Shown: piece after piece, positions 59,753 to 64,000 of the stretch | Position numbering within the stretch: the stretch's first letter is position 1 | Layout of the letters: each line of letters opens with the position of its first letter | Position numbers and translations under genes: made by a program | Assembly (NCBI GenBank): GCA_965372715.1 | Contig: CBDVDH010000005.1 | Coordinates: 1-64,000 of the forward strand | Source: an uncultured bacterium | GTDB lineage: Bacteria; B130-G9 | DNA: 64,000 nt | Direction: 5' to 3' | Notes under the pieces: generated by a model | Told to the model about the DNA's origin: nothing | Seen by the model: only the letters and a program-made list of their open reading frames with translations | Databases searched by the model: none

Positions 59753-60994
59753 GTGAAAAGGGCGGTAGTGATAATTGTATGCGTTCTGCTTGGTGGCTTA
59801 CTCGTCTTTCGGGTCGTGCAGAAATCTCTGATATCGGGAAATGCGTCCGGTTCTAGGCGAGCAGCTGCGGCAGTGGCGGTTGAGGTGACCCCTGTAGTGA
59901 GGTCTGCGATTCGGAACATCGGCCGATTCTCCGGGTCCCTGCTGCCTAGATCACAATTCATAGTTGCTCCCAAGATCAGCGGCAGACTCGAGAAGCTCTT
60001 GGTTAACATTGGCGATCGGGTGGGAGCGGGCCAGCTTATTGCCGTTCTTGATGATGAGGAATACAAACAGCAGGTTGAGCAGTCTCGTGCGGAGCGTGAC
60101 GTTGCCAGGGCCAGCCTAGAGGAGTCGGTGAGCAATCTTCAGGTATCCCGGCGCGAGTTTGAGAGGGCGCAGGCCCTTCGTCACAAGAAAATAGCCTCAG
60201 AGTCGGAATTAGACGGTGCGCGAGCGCTCTATAGTGCTCAGGCGGCCAAGAAAAAGTTGGCACAAGCACAGGTGGCTCAAAAGGAGGCGGCCCTTAAAGC
60301 GGCGCAGGTGCGACTCTCATACGCGGAGATCCGGGTTTCGTGGGAGGGTGAGAATGAATACCGTGTCGTCGGGGAACGGTTCGTTGACGAAGGGGCGATG
60401 CTCGCAGCCAACTCTCCTATTGTCTCCATACTCGATGACTCGGTTCTGACCGCGGTCATCAACGTGATCGAGCGAGACTACCCCAGTGTCCGGCCCGGCC
60501 AGGAAGCAATCGTTGAGACCGATGCGTTTGCCGGGATCAGTTTCAGCGGCAAGATTGCTCGCATGGCTCCGCTGCTCAAAGAGGCGTCTCGCCAGGCGAG
60601 GGTCGAGATCGAGGTCCCTAATGAGGCGCGGCGCCTCAAGCCGGGCATGTTCGTGCGCGTTCAGATCGAGTTTTCTCGCCGCGATGACGCCACTGTGGTT
60701 CCCCAGGTTGCACTAGTCAGGCGCAACGGTGAGCAAGGCGTTTTTCTTGCTGACACTGAGGGGATGAAGGCGCGATTCGTTCCGGTTGCTTTGGGTATCG
60801 TTGAGGGTGAGCTGGCTGAGGTGGTTAGACCCTCGTTGACCGGCTCGGTCGTTACACTCGGGCATCATCTGCTTGAGGATGGTTCCTCGATAATCTTGCC
60901 CGGCGGCAATTCCGATACGCGGTCTCGGCAGAGCGAAGCTGAAAGAGACTCAACACAAAATAGCGGCGGTCCAGCTCACGGCACGAGCCAATGA
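59753..60994 (+). CDS. RND efflux periplasmic adaptor (MFP)
   Basis: N-terminal TM; PKISGRL...GDRV-x-x-GQ; LKPGMF. Confidence 0.92.
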   Translation: MKRAVVIIVCVLLGGLLVFRVVQKSLISGNASGSRRAAAAVAVEVTPVVRSAIRNIGRFSGSLLPRSQFIVAPKISGRLEKLLVNIGDRVGAGQLIAVLDDEEYKQQVEQSRAERDVARASLEESVSNLQVSRREFERAQALRHKKIASESELDGARALYSAQAAKKKLAQAQVAQKEAALKAAQVRLSYAEIRVSWEGENEYRVVGERFVDEGAMLAANSPIVSILDDSVLTAVINVIERDYPSVRPGQEAIVETDAFAGISFSGKIARMAPLLKEASRQARVEIEVPNEARRLKPGMFVRVQIEFSRRDDATVVPQVALVRRNGEQGVFLADTEGMKARFVPVALGIVEGELAEVVRPSLTGSVVTLGHHLLEDGSSIILPGGNSDTRSRQSEAERDSTQNSGGPAHGTSQ

Positions 60995-63900
60995 AGATAT
61001 CTCGTCTCGCCGTTCGTCGCCCCATTTTTGTCATAATGGTGACTCTGATCGTCATCATTCTGGGCGGCATCTCTTTGGTCCGGCTGCCTATTGACTTGAT
61101 GCCCGACATCACTTATCCGACGCTCAGCATTTCCACAAACTATGAGAACGCGACGCCGGAGGAGATCGAAGAGCTCGTGACCCGGCCGGTTGAAGAGGCG
61201 ATGAGCGCGGTGCCGGGCGTCCAGGAGCTGACCTCGGTATCGACGGAGGGTCGCTCCAACGTCAGAGTGACGTTCGAATGGGGAACCGATCTGGACCCCG
61301 CGGCAAACGACATTCGTGACCGCCTCGATCGCGTAATACGGCATCTCCCGGAAGATGCTGAGAGACCGAGTCTGCGCAAGTTCGACCTGGCGGGGTTTCC
61401 AGTTCTGATTCTTGGCGCCTCGAGCAAGTTGGACCCGATTCAGATGCGCAGGATCATAGACGACCAGATACAATACAGGATCGAGCGGGTGCCCGGGGTC
61501 GCATCGGTCAATGTTTTTGGCGGATTGGATCGTGAGATCCACGTCGATCTTTACGCGGACAGGGTGAAGGCACTCGGGCTTTCACTCAATCAGATTCTGG
61601 AGCGGATTCGGGAGGGAAACGTCACAGTCCCTGCTGGAGAGATTGACCAGGGCAACCTCCAGATTTCAATCCGAACGCGGGGAGAATACACGAACCTCCA
61701 GGAACTAAAGGATACGGTGGTAGCGACTCGCGAGGGCGCACCGGTTCAGCTCAAGGAGATCGCGAGCGTGGAGGATTCCTGGGAGAAGGTCACGAGGCGT
61801 GTGCGGATCAATGGCGAACCGGGCGTTCGCCTCGGGGTGTACAAGCAGTCCGGGAAGAACACGGTTGACGTGGCACGCGATGCGCTCAGGGAGATCGAGC
61901 GCATCAATGCAGACATCCCCCAGATCCAACTGATCCCGATCATTGACACCTCTGATTATATCAAGCGCTCGATCTCAAACGTCAGCACGTCCGCGGTCTA
62001 TGGTGGCATCCTGGCCATTCTCGTCCTTCTGTTCTTCCTCCGAAACGCCCGCAGCACCACGGTAATCGCAAGCGCCATACCCATCTCAATAACCGCTGCA
62101 TTTGCGCTGATGTATTTCGCTGGCTTCACCCTGAACATCATGACGCTGGGTGGCCTGGCGCTGGGCATAGGGATGTTGCTTGACAACTCAATCGTCGTGC
62201 TGGAAAACATAAGTCGGTTGAGGGCTTCGGGGCAAAGCTCGGAAACGTCCGCCGTCAACGGCAGTGAGGAGGTCACCGGGGCCATAGTCGCTAGCACTTT
62301 GACGACGTTGGTAGTTTTTCTACCTCTGATCTTTGTCCGCGGCATGGCCGGTGTGATGTTCAAGCAGTTTTCGTTGGTGGTTAGTTTTGCGCTTCTTTGC
62401 TCCCTGGGGGTGGCCGTCACACTGGTTCCAACCCTCTCAGCGCGTGTTCTGCGGTCCGGCTTTCGAGGTTCTGCTGAACCAAGAACCCTTGTGCAGAGGA
62501 CATCACTTCTCGGCGGGCGAGTCTTCGATCGCATGGAGGCCAAATACAAGCAGTGGCTTCACTTCGCACTCGACCATAGGGCACTTGTTGTCGTTCCCGC
62601 CGCGTTGGCTCTTGTCGCGAGCCTGGTCCTCGGGCGGTTTCTCGGGTTTGAGCTGATGCCCTCGGCTGACGAGGGCGAGGTGCGTGTAAGCGCAGAGGCG
62701 GAGGTCGGCACCCGGCTTGACGTTCTCGACGAGAGTTTCCGGAGCATTGAGGAGATCGCGAAGGCCTCTGTTCCGGAGGCCAAAAGCACCGTTGTGACTG
62801 TCGGAGGCAGAGGGTGGCATGGGGGAGGCTCCCATACGGCAGACATGAGGATTGCCCTGAAGCCAGAGGCCGAGCGGTCGAGGTCCAGCGAGGAGATTGC
62901 GGCGGACCTTCGGAGCAAGCTCGTTGATATCCCTGGGATGATTGTGCGAACGCGGGCAGGGCAGGGTTTGTTCATTTTCCGAATGGCCACAGCTGGTCTT
63001 GAGAGGCTCCAGGTTGAGATAAGAGGCAATGACCTGACCGTCGCGGAAGCTCTTTCTGAACAGGTCAAGCGGATCGTAGAGAAGATAGATGGCGTTACGG
63101 ACGCGAAGCTAAGTCGGGAGTCGGGCAGCCCCGAAGAACTCATCGTCGTCGATCGTCAAAAGGCCGCGGATATGAAGCTATCCGTCTCTCAGATCGCCAA
63201 CATGCTTCAGACAACACTGTCCGGCACCGGAGCGGGCGAATATCGCGAGGGTGGGAAGGAGTACAGGATTCTCGTCCGGATGAAGGACGCGGAGAAACTC
63301 GGACTTGGCGAGATTCTCGATCTGACGCTGCTCAATGCTGATGGTGAGCCGGTCGTCTTACGCAACGTGGTCCAGGCTCAGCCGCGCACTGCTCCTGTGC
63401 AGATAGAGCGCAAGGACCAGGAACGGATTGTCACGGTATCGGCGAACATAAGCGGGCGGGATATGGGTTCGATAGTGGCTGACATGCGCGAGGCCCTCCG
63501 CTCTGTCCCGGTGCCCCCTGGGTTCAGCATCGTTTTTGGGGGCGACTATGAGGAACAGGAAAAAGCATTCTCAGAGCTGTTGCTGAGTCTCGTATTGGCC
63601 CTCGTGCTGGTCTATATGGTCATGGCCTGCCAGTTCGAGTCACTCCGAGACCCATTCGTAGTGATGTTCTCGGTTCCGCTGGCGGCAATCGGAGTCATCA
63701 TAATGCTGTTTTTGACCGGCACGACGTTCAACGTTCAGTCCTTCATTGGCTGCATCATGCTCGGCGGCATTGTGGTCAACAACGCGATCCTTTTGGTTGA
63801 CCATACGAATCTACTTCGGCGTCGGGATGGCATGGCTATGCGAGAGGCAATAGAAGAGGCAGGTCGCCGTCGGCTGCGCCCCATTCTGATGACGGCGATG

Positions 63901-64000
63901 ACAACGACGCTTGCCCTCGTTCCGCTGGCCCTCGGGCTGGGTGAAGGCGGAGAGGCGCAGGCGCCGCTGGCCAGGACCGTGATCGGAGGCCTTTTGAGTT
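60991..64000 (+). CDS. RND efflux permease (AcrB/AcrD/AcrF family), runs off the window end
   Basis: ATG overlapping the MFP stop; [11 protein letters not shown]...[27 protein letters not shown]...[22 protein letters not shown]. Confidence 0.93.
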   Translation, partial: MKISRLAVRRPIFVIMVTLIVIILGGISLVRLPIDLMPDITYPTLSISTNYENATPEEIEELVTRPVEEAMSAVPGVQELTSVSTEGRSNVRVTFEWGTDLDPAANDIRDRLDRVIRHLPEDAERPSLRKFDLAGFPVLILGASSKLDPIQMRRIIDDQIQYRIERVPGVASVNVFGGLDREIHVDLYADRVKALGLSLNQILERIREGNVTVPAGEIDQGNLQISIRTRGEYTNLQELKDTVVATREGAPVQLKEIASVEDSWEKVTRRVRINGEPGVRLGVYKQSGKNTVDVARDALREIERINADIPQIQLIPIIDTSDYIKRSISNVSTSAVYGGILAILVLLFFLRNARSTTVIASAIPISITAAFALMYFAGFTLNIMTLGGLALGIGMLLDNSIVVLENISRLRASGQSSETSAVNGSEEVTGAIVASTLTTLVVFLPLIFVRGMAGVMFKQFSLVVSFALLCSLGVAVTLVPTLSARVLRSGFRGSAEPRTLVQRTSLLGGRVFDRMEAKYKQWLHFALDHRALVVVPAALALVASLVLGRFLGFELMPSADEGEVRVSAEAEVGTRLDVLDESFRSIEEIAKASVPEAKSTVVTVGGRGWHGGGSHTADMRIALKPEAERSRSSEEIAADLRSKLVDIPGMIVRTRAGQGLFIFRMATAGLERLQVEIRGNDLTVAEALSEQVKRIVEKIDGVTDAKLSRESGSPEELIVVDRQKAADMKLSVSQIANMLQTTLSGTGAGEYREGGKEYRILVRMKDAEKLGLGEILDLTLLNADGEPVVLRNVVQAQPRTAPVQIERKDQERIVTVSANISGRDMGSIVADMREALRSVPVPPGFSIVFGGDYEEQEKAFSELLLSLVLALVLVYMVMACQFESLRDPFVVMFSVPLAAIGVIIMLFLTGTTFNVQSFIGCIMLGGIVVNNAILLVDHTNLLRRRDGMAMREAIEEAGRRRLRPILMTAMTTTLALVPLALGLGEGGEAQAPLARTVIGGLLS

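Overview
A 64 kb chromosomal window from a GC-rich diderm bacterium (lpxC, lptE), probably anaerobic and selenocysteine-using (selB, rubrerythrin) and likely from an uncultured lineage (inference). Housekeeping genes (dapA, dnaE, lpxC, rsgA, selB, eda/kdgK, lptE, recQ-like, def, fmt, rsmI, tadA), three tRNAs (Asn-GTT, Lys-CTT, Arg-ACG) and an RND efflux pair are interspersed with accessory genes. These include secreted proteins sharing one uncharacterised ~100-aa domain, a putative Mrr-related nuclease, a DUF4062 gene, hicB/hicA remnants, an orphan N6-methyltransferase, a complete IS1182 inserted into a REP-like repeat, and several palindromic repeat families. The most unusual signal is a small GIY-YIG nuclease gene embedded among copies of tRNA-Asn. 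In those copies a 10-nt segment of the anticodon arm is exchanged for the 16-nt palindrome TTCGCC-N4-GGCGAA. The same palindrome also sits in a REP hairpin and in-frame in the IS1182 transposase, which suggests a minimal sequence-replacing mobile palindrome, possibly driven by the GIY-YIG enzyme. A second candidate is an unannotated 23-aa peptide ending WVWVR, divergent from a radical SAM/SPASM gene and leading a methyltransferase-rsgA operon (RiPP precursor or attenuator leader). All family assignments come from motif recognition by eye; no database searches were run.
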